DNA from: Octopus sinensis
Lineage: Eukaryota
Reading direction: 5' to 3'
DNA: 64,000 bases
Assembly: GCF_006345805.1 (NCBI RefSeq)
Contig: NC_043003.1
Location: 91,760,001 to 91,824,000 of the forward strand
Shown here: one piece after another, positions 51,764-64,000 of the stretch
Numbering within the stretch: the stretch's first letter is position 1
How the letters are laid out: each line of letters starts with the position of its first letter
The notes under the pieces: model-generated
Databases searched by the model: none
Told to the model about the DNA's origin: nothing
Seen by the model: only the letters and a program-made list of their open reading frames with translations
Made by a program: the position numbers and the translations under genes

Positions 51764-54073
51764 TTAAATTATTGATTTAGAATGAAGGTAAGCTAATGGG
51801 TTTGTTACTTGCTCACTTCCAACTAGCCAATCAGTACATTGGATACTATATTTTGTAATGCTGTGGTTTTGAGGTCTCTCCTTTGATATTATATTTTGTA
51901 ATGCTGTGCTTTTGGGGTCTCTCCTCTGAATTACCTTAGGTAGTAAACCCTTAAAGAAGACCATTTTCTTGTGATTTTATTATTATTGCTTTTGTTAATT
52001 TTGCCTTTTTTGCTTGTGTTCTGTGTTAAATTATGTTGAAAATGGAGTTTGAATGAGAAGTGACTGAGAGGTAATGAAGTTTCATTTGTACATGTGCAAC
52101 AGGGTAAGTAATTTTTGTGTATTATGTATGTGCATCTGTGTGTGTGTGTATGTGTGTAATTTTATTCTCTTAATTGTTAATCCAGTGTTTTATATTTTGT
52201 CCTTGCACTGCCCTTGGTGTCTTGGGCCCTTGTGACCAATGGATGAAATTATTATTGCTGCCTTTCATAATTTCAGTATTGATAAAATAAAGTACCACTC
52301 AAGTCCTGCGGTTGATGTAAATGACTTTCCTCTTCCCCTCAAAAAATTGCTGGCCTTATGTCAAAACTTGTTTACACCCTTGTAACTTAGTGGTTTGGCA
52401 ACAGAGACAAATAGAATAAGTACCAGACTTTAAAAGAAGTTCTGGGGTCAATTTATTCAACTAAACTCTGCAAGGCAGTGTCCCAGCAGGGCTGCTGCTC
52501 AATGACTGAAACAAGTAGAAAATAAGATATATTTGTTGCTTGTATTTGCATTTTGTAACTATAGGCAGGTGTAGACATAATGAACATGTGCTAATATTTG
52601 GTCTCTGTTTGTCTATTAATTCCTAGGCAGTGCTTTGATGTTGTTAACCCCATTGAATGGTACTGCCTGTAATGATATCCGTTAAGAGACTGATGATGGG
52701 ATATATGCTGGATGTGCCTGTTTGTGTTGTTGTTGTTGACTGTGAACCTATTGCATTTTGTGTTCTCAGGGTTTTGGAGTTTTTGTTTGAGATTCTTGTT
52801 CTGCTAAAAGTTAAATTAGTTCCTGGAAGTTTGGTTACACACACACACACACACGTGTGTGTGTGTTTGCTTGTTTTGACATTGCGTGATAGTTATAAAA
52901 ATGAATGTCATTGTCAGACAAATAGCATCATTCATTGCAAAACCTGCCTCCACAAATTATGTCTAACCTCTGCAAACATAGAAAATTGTATGTTAAAAAG
53001 ATGGTGACTAGGATGTTGATGATGTTAATTACTTGCTTTGCAAATGAACAGATATTTGTGACCTATCTGATTTCACGATCTGTTATATAAGATACATATT
53101 TTTTTTAATAATGTTTTTGTTGTTTTTGTAAAATCTCAGAAAATAATTAAAAATTCACATTTTTTGTCAAATTATTTTGTTATATTTGTCTATCTATCCA
53201 ACTGTAAACATTTTAAATATTTCACTAACTTTTTGTTATAACTTGGTCAAAGGGTACATTTTTTGCCAAAAAATTACTAAATTTGTTCCCACAGTCTTCT
53301 TTATTCACAACCAGAATCGTAAACTTTCTCTTGAAAATATTTCAAACTGGTCAAAGTTGAGAGTTTGACAGAGACAGATTTGGGAAGAAATATACAGTGT
53401 TTCAAGGTAACATTATTTAGTGACTTATAGAGAGTAATCTCTTCCTTGTTTCTCTGGTCTCAGAGCAGGACTTGAACTCTGGGCTGTTGCAATCTAATGC
53501 AAAGGTAGTTAATTTATTGGTTGTGCACACAATGCAATACCTATAGTGCTGGGATATAGCTTTTTTTTGGCGGTGATCTGGTACTATATCAACTCACCCC
53601 AAAACTATGTGGTTGGAAAGCAAACTTCTTAGCCACACAGCCATGCCTGTGCCTTTCTGAATAAAAAAAAATTCAAAATAGCAAGAAATAAGTATGACAA
53701 AAAAAAAAAAGCAGTAAGGACCCTTCCCCCTTAAAGAAACAAGGAAACAAAAAACAAAAACTACATATTGTTGAAATTATTTTAAAGAACAGAACTAATT
53801 GTTTGTAAATTTCTGTTGGTGTTGTTAGTCCTTATCTGAAATTTCAATTATTTCCTGTTTTTTACTATTTTTCTGGAAATAAGAGTTTAAGGCGTCATCA
53901 TAACATTTCCAGTTTCCTCTGATAAATATGATTAAAATGTGCTGAGAATAAGGAGAACCTTTGTTGTTATGAAAGAATTTCTTTTAATATCCAGACTAAG
54001 CAGAATATTAACCATGTTGCTACATTGTCATAATTTTTTTTAAGAATATTATGTTTTGGAGATAAAAAATGTA

Positions 54074-54305
54074 TCATCATCATTGTTTTAACATCCACTT
54101 CTCAATGCTTGCATGGGTCAGTTGGGGTTTAATGAGGCAAATTTTCTGTGGCTAGATATCCTTCCAATTGCCAACCTTCACCCAGTTTCCAAGCAAAGTA
54201 ATATTTCCCTATGGCCATATATGTTTATACAGAATATTGGAAATAAATTACACTGCTTGTGTGATAGTGACACTCATTTACAACTACCATGTGTTGTCAA
54301 GATTA

Positions 54306-54342
<37 letters not shown>

Positions 54343-54490
54343 GAGCTTCTTTCAGTTTCCATCTATCAAGTCTATTTTCAAAGCTTTGTTCACCTGAGGG
54401 GCTATAGTAAAAGGAACTTGTGTAGAGTGTCATGTAGTGTGACTGGATCCAAAACCATGTTTGGGAAGCAAATCTCTTAGGTATGCAGCC
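54074..54490 (-). mobile_element. SINE family B with an RTE-like (B2) tail
   Basis: Same head as 9671-10093 and a (TG)n hinge, but the tail ends CATGCAAGCATTGAGAAGTGGATGTTAAAACAATGATGATG. Confidence 0.75.
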
Positions 54491-57462
54491 ATGTATATGT
54501 AGCAGGCTAGATTTGCTGTGCCATATCAATTTGATATGAGGTAGCTTACTTCTAAATGTAGCATATAGATGTAACACTTCAAGGTTCTCGTGTTGGAGTA
54601 ACCAGTGAACAGTGAATAATTATCTCCAAGAAGGAAATGTTATTTACATACATTTATTCGTTTACCCGACAGGTTGTTACAGAGACAGTAGCAATTCTAG
54701 TGATAGTGGTGACAAGGATGGCTCACTGGTTAGTAGTTGATATGTAGAAAAAGGTTGTCTGTCAGTAGAGAGGGAAAGAGTAAGGTTGTCATGGTGCTGA
54801 CAAGAAAGGATAAAGGTGGCATCACCTTTCTTATGGCTGGCTATGTGGTGAAAAAGTTTGCTTCATAGTAGTGTGGTTTTGGTTTCATTCCTACTGTACT
54901 GAATCTTGTGCAAGTATCTTCTACTTTTAGATTCAAACATTACCTTATTTGGAAACAGAGTTGGCAACAGGAAAGGAATCTGGCCATAGAAAATCTGCCA
55001 CAGTGAATTCTGTCTGATCCATGCAAGCATGAAAAAGTGAACATTAAAGCAATGATGAGAGTATTAACGCCCATTTCTATGCTGCAGTGGGTTGGATGGT
55101 TTGACAGGAGCTGGCAAGCCAGAGGACTACATCAAACTCCACTGTCTCTTTTGGCATGGGTTTTACAACTGGATACCCTAAAGAGAATAGTGGATGATTA
55201 GTTGTGATGAGTTCTAAGCGTATTAGACTGCAGAAGAACAACCAAATGTTTTGTCCTTACACAAGTTTTGTCCTTACACAAGTCAATCCTAGCAGAGCCC
55301 TTCTATCTTCATGTGATAAACACAGAATAAGTTTTATTCAATACTGCAAAATAATGAAATAGTTGTGAATTTTCAGTGCATCAATTGTTTTATAACTCTG
55401 CTGTACAAAATTCCAATAGGATACAGTAGGCTACTTTAAAGCTAAATATCTTGCCTATACATGCAGGGCAGCATTCCTGTTAGGATACAAACTACTAACC
55501 TGTCAGTTTGTAATCTGCTTGACTGTTATTGAATTGCTTATGTGTGATACTCTGTTCTAGATTGAATGTTTCATGAAATTCATTGTTGGAACAGAGATCT
55601 AAATCAGAAGTTGGAGTGATTATGGTTTGTTGGTAGTTCAGGACTGAAGCAAGTAATGTGTTTTGCCCTAGCAGATGGCAACACAACTTGACACGTGGTA
55701 GGGCTGAAACCCCCTTGAAGTTTGACTCAGTAAAGCTAGCACTTTTGAACATTGCGTCTCACTTCACTGCCGCTGACATTCAAGAAAAACCAAGTGTAAA
55801 GAAATTGTTTTACACTGACATATGCATGTGTGCATGCACGCACACACACATTTACACACATTCACACACACACTCACATTCACACACATACACGTACCCA
55901 CTTGAAACAGGTGTGTGTATATGTATTGCTCTTTGATAATTAGATTTCAGGAAGGAAATTGTAGCTGAAACTCAATTGAGAGGGGTCATGGCACTCCCAC
56001 CATTTTAATTTTATTTTAGGTGTGTGAGTGTGTGCGTTCGTATATTGCAACTGGGTTCTGAATGTATATGGTAAGACCATTAATTAAGAGGTTTATTCTT
56101 TATGTAACAAGACATGTTTTTGAAAACTATAAGGAGACTACATATGTTAAAACATGTACTTCAAGTTTAGAGGATGCATGCATATACATAATTGGCTAAA
56201 ACAACCTTTCATATTTAGTATAAAAGCAGAAAAGTTTAGTTAACATTTAGTTCATATGTTGTGTTCAACAGCTGGTTCATTAACATAAACACCAACAAAT
56301 GTATAATTACATAATTGTGATATAATTAATTTAAAATTAGAGTACATGATTCAAAACTGTACCAGAGTATTTAGAAGTCTTTTGCATCTTGTTCAATTCA
56401 TTACATTTACATACACCTTATAATAATTCTTTTACCTACAAAATGTATGGTAAAAAAAGCCATCAGGGTTATTTTGTTACTATATTTCTGATGGGATACA
56501 TTATCTTGATTGCAATTAGATCCAAAACACAGAACATAAATAAATAGCAATAACAATAAGATGAACATATATGCAAATATTGTTTGAAAAATTCCACAAT
56601 TTTTGCCATTAAAAAATAGATGGTCAATGGACTTGGAATAATGCATAAAATGTAAGGCTATAGTTTTAAATAGAAACTACCAAGTTTTTTTCATGTTTTT
56701 TCTTTCCTTCATATATATCTTTTCTTGTTCAGTAAATTAACTTTTTTTTGTATTTTGAACAGCTGAAAAATTATCTTTTCATGTAAAATGAAAGTTAAAA
56801 TTCTTCATTTTTTTTTGTTTTTAGTTCAACTTTTTGTTCTGCCTAATTTGACTAGTTTTGTTCTCTTCCCATGTAATACTTCCTGCAGGATATAGTAAAA
56901 TATGCTTATTTCCTGCAACTCTTCAGAAATAAAAAGCTAGAGGTACCCCCTCCTACATTCACACATAAGGAATGAGAAACTGAGAGATATTGGAAATGCA
57001 GATGTATGTTTATTTTGTGGTTGTTTGTATAATATGTGTGTAAATGTTTTTGTCTGTTCAACTGATTGGATATAAGAAAGAATTTTTCCTATTTTGTTTT
57101 TCTTTATATATTATTTTTCATATTTTTCTTTTTCTTTTTGATCTTATACCAGTAGCCCAGTAGTTGTTCAATATTCTAATGTTTACCTACATAGCTGTTT
57201 AATAACTATCTTTAGTCAATTTGACAACTGATCTATGTCTGAATTTAGGAAATACCATACTATCCTATATTTTACTTTCTTGAGACCACTCCCACTCTCT
57301 CTCTCCCTCTCTCTCTCATGCACCTTCTGCCACCCTGTAGGAACTAATTCAAAGTTATTTTTAGTACCACCTACTCTATTCTTGCAGCTGTCCCCTTTCC
57401 TTCATGAACCTTTCTGTTTAATATGAAGGAAGTTGTCCAGTGTACAGAGGATCTTATCTTTT

Positions 57463-57698
57463 CTCTTTTACTTGTTTCAGTCATTAGACTGCGGCCATGC
57501 TGGGGCACTGCCTTGAAAGATTTTAATGGAATGAATCGACCCCAGTACCTTTTTCCTTCTTTAAAGCCCAGTACTTATTCTATTAGTCTCTTTTGCTGAA
57601 CTGTTAAGTTATAGGGATGTAAATGCACCAACACCAGTTATCAAGTGGTGATGGGAGACAAATGCCAAGACACACACAGGTTTATATATATGTGTGTG

Positions 57699-57757
<59 letters not shown>

Positions 57758-57900
57758 GATGGGCTTCTTTGTCTCCATCTACTAAATCCACTCACAAAGG
57801 CTAAAGTAGAAGACACTTACCTAAGGTGCCATGCAGTGGGACTGAACCTGGAACCATGTAGTTGGGAAGCAAACTTCTTACCACACAGCCACTTCTGCCT
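57463..57900 (-). mobile_element. SINE family B1, full length
   Basis: Aligns with 9671-10093. Confidence 0.85.
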
Positions 57901-58144
57901 ATTAGGATTGATTTGAGAACTTTTGGTAGTTAGGTCAGTACCTATGTAATTGGGTCTCCTACTAATTACTTATATTTGCACTCTTAATGATTTTAAAATA
58001 AGACTGAAATTTTATCATTAATTAGGAGAAAAATAGGATGTTTGTGGCTTTTGTCTTTGCCAATGAAGCCATTCCTGTTATTAAAACTAACATATAGATG
58101 CTCAGAATTTACCACTTTTCTAAGCACCTACTTAATCTATAAAA

Positions 58145-58466
58145 GGTGCAGGGAGTGGCTGTCTGGTAAGAACCTTATGCCTTGTGGGTGGATTTTGTAG
58201 ACAGAAACTGAAAGCAACCTGTCATATATATACCTGTGTCTGTGTGCCTTTGTGTCTGTGTTTGTCCCCATCACTGCTTGACAACTGGTGTTGGTGTGTT
58301 TATGTCCTCATAACTTAGTTTAGCAAAAGAGTCTGACAGGAGAAGTACCAGGCTTAACAAAAGGAAAAAGAATATGAGTAATAGGGTCAATTCATTCAAT
58401 TAAAATTCTTCTAGGTAGTGCTCCAGCATGGTCACAGTCTAATGACTGAAACAAGTAAAACAAAAG
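58145..58466 (+). mobile_element. SINE family B1, full length
   Basis: GGTGCAGGGAGTGGCTGTCTGGTAAG...AATGACTGAAACAAGTAAAA. Confidence 0.85.
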
Positions 58467-60102
58467 ATAGTTTTATTTATCTATTTTTTTTTAATTATTT
58501 CTTTTTTTTATAAATTAGTTTGGGGATACATTTGTAGAGTTCTCAGACAGGTGAGATTGACAATGCTGAAACCAAGTCTAAACATTTGTAGGTCAATGTT
58601 TACCACTGATTAAACTCTGCTAAAAGCACCCAAAGGTCTGGCATATCATCTGTTATCTTCTCCATTATTCTAAGTATTACAAGGTGAAAAATCTCCAAAG
58701 TTTCCATTTAATTTTATTAGCCCCCAACCAGTAAGTTAGAATTTGGATGAAACTTATGTCCTTAGTGTTAATTCTTTTGTTATCATATTTCTGTTGAAAT
58801 ACACTGCCTTTGTTTTTAATCAATTTTTAAAATAATGAAGAATTTAGTAAAATAAGTTTGTCATTATTAAGCTGGTGTTTAGAATATGAACTAACATGAA
58901 ATTTTGATGCAAGGTTTAAATTTTGATCACTTTGTGGTTTGGGATCAACTCTGTGAGTGAATTAACGTCAAACTTTGAATGTTCCAACTGCATGATATCT
59001 GCATACAAGCGTAATATAATAACCTATTAAACACATCTAATATATCAGTTTATTTGAAACATAGCTTTCTGTGACCATATTGTCTGTATTTGATCTATAA
59101 TGAACTGCTTAGTATAGATTTTTATTGTTTAATTGGCTCTGTTTTATTCTGTAACAGATCAGCTCAATCTAATAGTCAAACCTTTTTTAGCTGAGCCTCT
59201 GATTTAAAAACACGAACTTTCAAAACCAGTTCCTTAATCATATTTCTCTTGAAATACATTGCTTTTGTGTCAGTTTATTTTGAAAATAGTGAAGAAGTTA
59301 ATAAAATGGCTTTGTAATTATTAAGCCAGTGCTTGTAGCATAAATTAAAATGAAATTTTGATTCAAGTTTTTAATCAAGATTGCTATAAAACATGAAGTT
59401 TGTATCATAGAACCTGAAGATGGTCTCAAACAAGCTGCTCTCAAAATCTGCATAATCTGGAAATTCTGTTATTGCTCACTTGCTTATTTATCATGTCCTC
59501 TTCTTAGTGATGAGGAAAGGATTGGTGAAGTTGTGATGCGAGCTTCCCTTTCTTGGCCCCTTCAAATAACTGATTTTGAGAGAGAAAGAGATAGATTGTA
59601 AGAAGGGTAGTGTAGAAACCAAAAGAGTAAAAGAGTAATCTAGTACTTAACTAGTACTCTATTTATCAATCCCTTTGAATGAAAGGGATTTGGACACGGG
59701 GAAACAATGTTAGAAAAATACTATTTAACTTACTAATGACTACTAATTTGCCACCTTATTTTGTTGTTTATGTTATCTTTTCTGTTATCAACTTCCAATC
59801 TACAGAATTAAATACATCCAGCAGAATCAATCCTACCAGCTACATGATTCTATGTGAAACCTAGTTTTACTTCTCTAGCAGTAATTAATCGGCTGGATGT
59901 CCAACCAAATATATAAACATGTATCCAACATTTAAGATTGTAGGAATTATTGTAGGATGGGTTTCCTGTCTGGTGGATCTCTAAGCACCAGTTTTCATTT
60001 ACTATTATCTTAAGTCCAAAAATTTGAATATGAAAGGAGTTCATTTCGCGACTTACTTTAGTCCATGAGATAATGCTGTATCCTGTTGTATATTTTCAAT
60101 TA

Positions 60103-60626
60103 TCATCTTAGTCACCATTCTTTCAACATTCACTTTTCCATGCTGCTTGGGCAGGATAGAGTTTATTGAGGCCGAATGTTGTCAACCCTTACCTGTTTCC
60201 AGGCAAAGCAGTATTTTCCCATGGCTGAATATGTTTTTCACAGAACACTCGTTTACAAGTATCATGTCATGTCAAGATAAGGAGATAAACATACACACAC
60301 TTACACTCACACACATACATATATACATAATAAATAAATATATTTTGCTTTTTCTGTCATTGGAGTGTGGCCATGCTGGGGCACCAACTTGAAGGGTACA
60401 GTCAAATAAATCAACCTCAGTATTTATTTTTCATGCTTGATATTTATTGTCAGATTAACTTGCCAAACCGCTAATTTATGGAGATGTAAACAAATCAAAA
60501 CTGGGTGTCAAGTGATGGTGGGGACAAACACAAACATGAAACACACATAAATACATACAATGGGATTCTTTTAGTTTCTGTTTACAAATCCATTTACCAG
60601 ACTTTGGCTGGTCCGGGGCTATAGAA
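60103..60626 (-). mobile_element. Composite family B SINE: head, B1 tail, then B2 tail
   Basis: On the - strand: head 60626-60560, B1 module 60540-60345, microsatellite, B2 module 60290-60103. Confidence 0.6.
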
Positions 60627-62613
60627 GGTGCCCCAATTCAGATATATTTTCAAGAAGACTACAAACAACAACACTTGTATATAACTGATATTTGTCTACA
60701 ACTACTGAGCACTTTCAAGACAAAGAGACAGAAATGCACAAAGAAACAAAGAAAGGAAGGAAGGAAGGAAGTACATGCATGGCTACATGGTCAGAAGTTT
60801 GCTTCCCAACCACATGAAATCGACTTGTGGCATGCATTAGGACTGAACCTGAAACCATTTTTTTGTATATCTTTTTTACTCACTTCATTTTGGTTTAGTC
60901 TCATCGTATTTGAAAGTGGCCTTAAAACAGAATTTTGTTCCATCTGATGAAAACTAATATGTTTGGAAATTGGAAAACATCTGCAAATCACACAAAGCAT
61001 ATTTTATTCTTAATTTAATATTCATGAAAAAATATTGATTTTATAACATTATTAAAAGATTTTAAAATGATAACATTAACACCATTAATATTACACCTAA
61101 TTACTAAAAGGTCAAATCTCCTTTGATTCACATGCAGCCAATAAAAACTTTGTATCGTGGAATATTTTACAAGTCCATTATCAATAATCTTATCTTTTTG
61201 TGGTTGCAAAAAAATTAATGCAAAACTGTTTATTAATTCATTTTTATTTCATTATTTATTTACTGGTTTTTTAAATTTATATTTTCTCATGGGACGTTGG
61301 GAAAGGTTGCAATGGTTTAGCACACAGCAAACCTAGTTGCTAAAATTAAGTAATTTCAGTAACAGTGGACTTACACATTAGTATAAAAACTCCAATTAAC
61401 AAATTAATGGCATATTAGTTAAACTAATTAATGACCATCAATTTTACTAATTAATGGACTATTCATTTAACTTAATTGTACAATCACATTTTGGAAACAG
61501 TGAGCAAGTAGATATTATATTGAACTACCGGATCAAATGTTTAGAGTTCAAAATCTAGAGGATTTTCAAGGTGTATAAACTCTACATATCCCAAGAATGA
61601 GACTTAAGATATCATTTTTTACTTGGTCAGGAATAGAGCTGATACAGAAATTTTTTAAAGCATTTTGGAAACTACACCATTGATCTCATTATTTTTGTCA
61701 TGTATAGTTCTGTGATTGAGAAGTTTACTTTGCATCCTTGTCTCTTACTATTGCCCTGGAATTTGGTCTGTAGAAACTAAAAGGAGGCTTATGTGTGTGC
61801 GTGCATCCTTCCCCTCCCTTCTTTGTTTGTTTGTCTTGAAATTGCTCTGTAGTTGTTGACAAATATCAGTCCTACAAGTGTTGTTGTTTGTAGTCTTCTT
61901 GAAAATATATCTGAACTGGCAAGAGGAACAGCATCCAGCTGTAGAAAACCTGCCTCAACATATCTCATCTGACCCATGCAAGCATGGAAAGTCAACACTA
62001 AAATAATGGTGATGATGATAATGCTGCTTTTAATGTATCTTGAAATGGTGTCAGGTCATTGAGGGTGGTGAATATTCATGCTTAATCTCTAGAGGTGAAT
62101 AACATCACCAGAACTTTATACAGGTTTATCAAAATAGCTTGTGGATCTGGCATACTAGCTATTTGACACTTTGCCAGTAATATTACAAGACTGTTGACAC
62201 AAACTGCTGACAATTTCTGATTCTACCGATTTTCACAGGTGTTGATTCTTTATTCTTAAAGTTTGAGATATTACGTGGAGTTTAATGAGTTCAATGTTTT
62301 AATAAAAAATTGGCTCCTAATTTATTTTTGATTCTTTTTTGCCACTGATATTTTGTGAATTTTTAGTTGTTTTAGATTATATTTTGATTGGTTATTTTCC
62401 CCATTGCCTCCAAGTGGTCTATTTGTTCATAGAAATATACTTTTAAGTTAAATTCAAACTCAAAATTTTTATTCCTAAATCATTGCTGCAGAATTCAGAT
62501 ATTGAAGCTAAGCATGTTGAAACCAAACCTTGCACTAAAATAAAAGTTCATTTGAATCAGCTATCAATTGCATGTTTGAGTCCATGTGCTCAGGTGTGTA
62601 TGTTTCTTTATAC

Positions 62614-62893
62614 CAGCAGTTCCCAAAGTGAGCAGTACTCCTCCCACCCCTATGTGTGGTGAAAAAATCTGGGTGGGGTGGGGGTTCATTGAAGAAAAGA
62701 GGGGTTATTATGGGATGGCTAAAAGGGGACGGGGGCGATGGATGAAAGAACAACAAATTAATGGGTTACGTTAAATTTATTTGTGAAATGCAGTTGTTTT
62801 GAATTTGCTGCAGAAAGTGGTCTATGTTTGTGGTAGTGAATGTGGAGAGTGGGTGCTAGGAGGCAGCAACCTGCAAAAGTGTGCTCACCACTT
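62614..62893 (+). mobile_element. hAT-like MITE with a G-rich interior
   Basis: Decayed TIRs CAGCAGTTCCCAAAGTG and CAAAAGTGTGCTCACCACT. Confidence 0.45.
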
Positions 62894-62900
62894 TTTTTAT

Positions 62901-63310
62901 ATCATCATCATTTAACATCTACTTTTCTATACTTGCATTGGTTAAATTGAGTTTGTTGAAACAAAATTTCTATGGCAGGATGCCGTTATTGTTGCAGAAC
63001 TTCACTAGTTTCCAAGCAAGGGTAATATTCCCCCTATGCTCAGATATAGTTTTTACAGATGACTGGAAATGAACATTACCTATATGATGGTGAGGTTTGT
63101 TTTCAATCATAACATGTCAAGACAAGATTAAACAAATGGGCGCATGTACACACACACACACATATGGAGGCTTCTTTCAGTTTCTATCAAATTCACAAAT
63201 TCACTCAAAAGGCTTTGATCAGCTCAGAGTTATAGATGACACTTTTTAAAGTCCTGCACAGTGGGACTGAACCCAAGATCACATGGTTGGAAAGGAAGCC
63301 GTTTCTGTGC
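62901..63310 (-). mobile_element. SINE family B2
   Basis: Aligns with 54074-54490. Confidence 0.75.
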
Positions 63311-64000
63311 CTATCATGAAAAAAAGATTGGTTGAATTATTGCTGATTTAAGAGCCACAGATATTGAAAACTCATTGCTTTACAAACAACATCAATTATA
63401 CAATTGTCAAGAGGAGACTCTAACCACACACATGTGTGTGTTTGTGTGCATGCATGTGTGTATGTACCAATATGCATACGTATGTTTGTGTATTTGAAAA
63501 TAAGTTTCTTAGATTAAAAATTATTATATAAAAAGAATCTCTAAAGAAAAGCTAATTAATGTAAACGTGATGGAAGTATTTGTGTAAGAGCCTAACACTA
63601 TTTTCAGCTTTTTAAACATATATCTGTCTGTGTCATAGAACCACAAACAGTCTTAGAGAGGTTGGTATCAAAAAGATTAAATATCATAGCTTCTTATTTT
63701 TCAGTAAGTGATCTCAATTCATTAAAAATGATTACAACACCTTTAACTCTTAATAAATATTTATTCAAGGAGCCACCTTACAGTTAGATTTTTTTTCTCT
63801 TTTACTCATGAGGGAAAGCAATCCTCATGACCCATTTCAGGACTTCCAATTTGGTGAGGGAAGGGGGAAGGCATCCTCAAATCAAGAGCCTGGCCTGAAT
63901 GCTTACAAAAGAATGAACTCTGCTAAAGACGATTAAGGTGCCAGTTGGTGGTGTTGTGCTATGTGATGTATTGAGCTGTCTACCACCCAAGAAAAATACC

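Noticed and set aside
59505-59580. TGATGA...CTGA as a C/D box snoRNA
   Set aside because: No proper terminal stem and no recognisable rRNA guide; these short boxes are common by chance.
62130-62200. Minus-strand frame SLVILLAKCQIASMPDP, faintly like vinculin exon 2
   Set aside because: Wrong strand, and the conserved HEE motif is absent.

Overview
This is AT-rich, microsatellite-dense animal genomic DNA. The repeat families look like octopus repeats, but that is recognition from memory, not a database result. The only host gene I can support is vinculin on the + strand. Coding exon 1 is 10775-10831 (MPVFHTKTIEGILEPVAQQ, then GTAAGT). I found no exon 2, so intron 1 appears to run more than 53 kb past the window end. 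The rest is mobile DNA: a full-length GC-rich Tc1 (30340-32047), a decayed mariner (17594-18669), RTE LINE fragments, several tRNA-derived SINE families, TTAA-type and hAT-type MITEs, and a 1057-bp tandem duplication. Almost all ORFs in the supplied track are microsatellite or repeat noise. I do not see a novel multi-gene system. The least ordinary signals are a set of template-switch inverted duplications, including a 250-nt T-shaped hairpin in intron 1, a repair scar that captured AT-rich palindromic DNA, the young Tc1, and a decayed hammerhead-like motif. Coordinates of decayed repeats are approximate.
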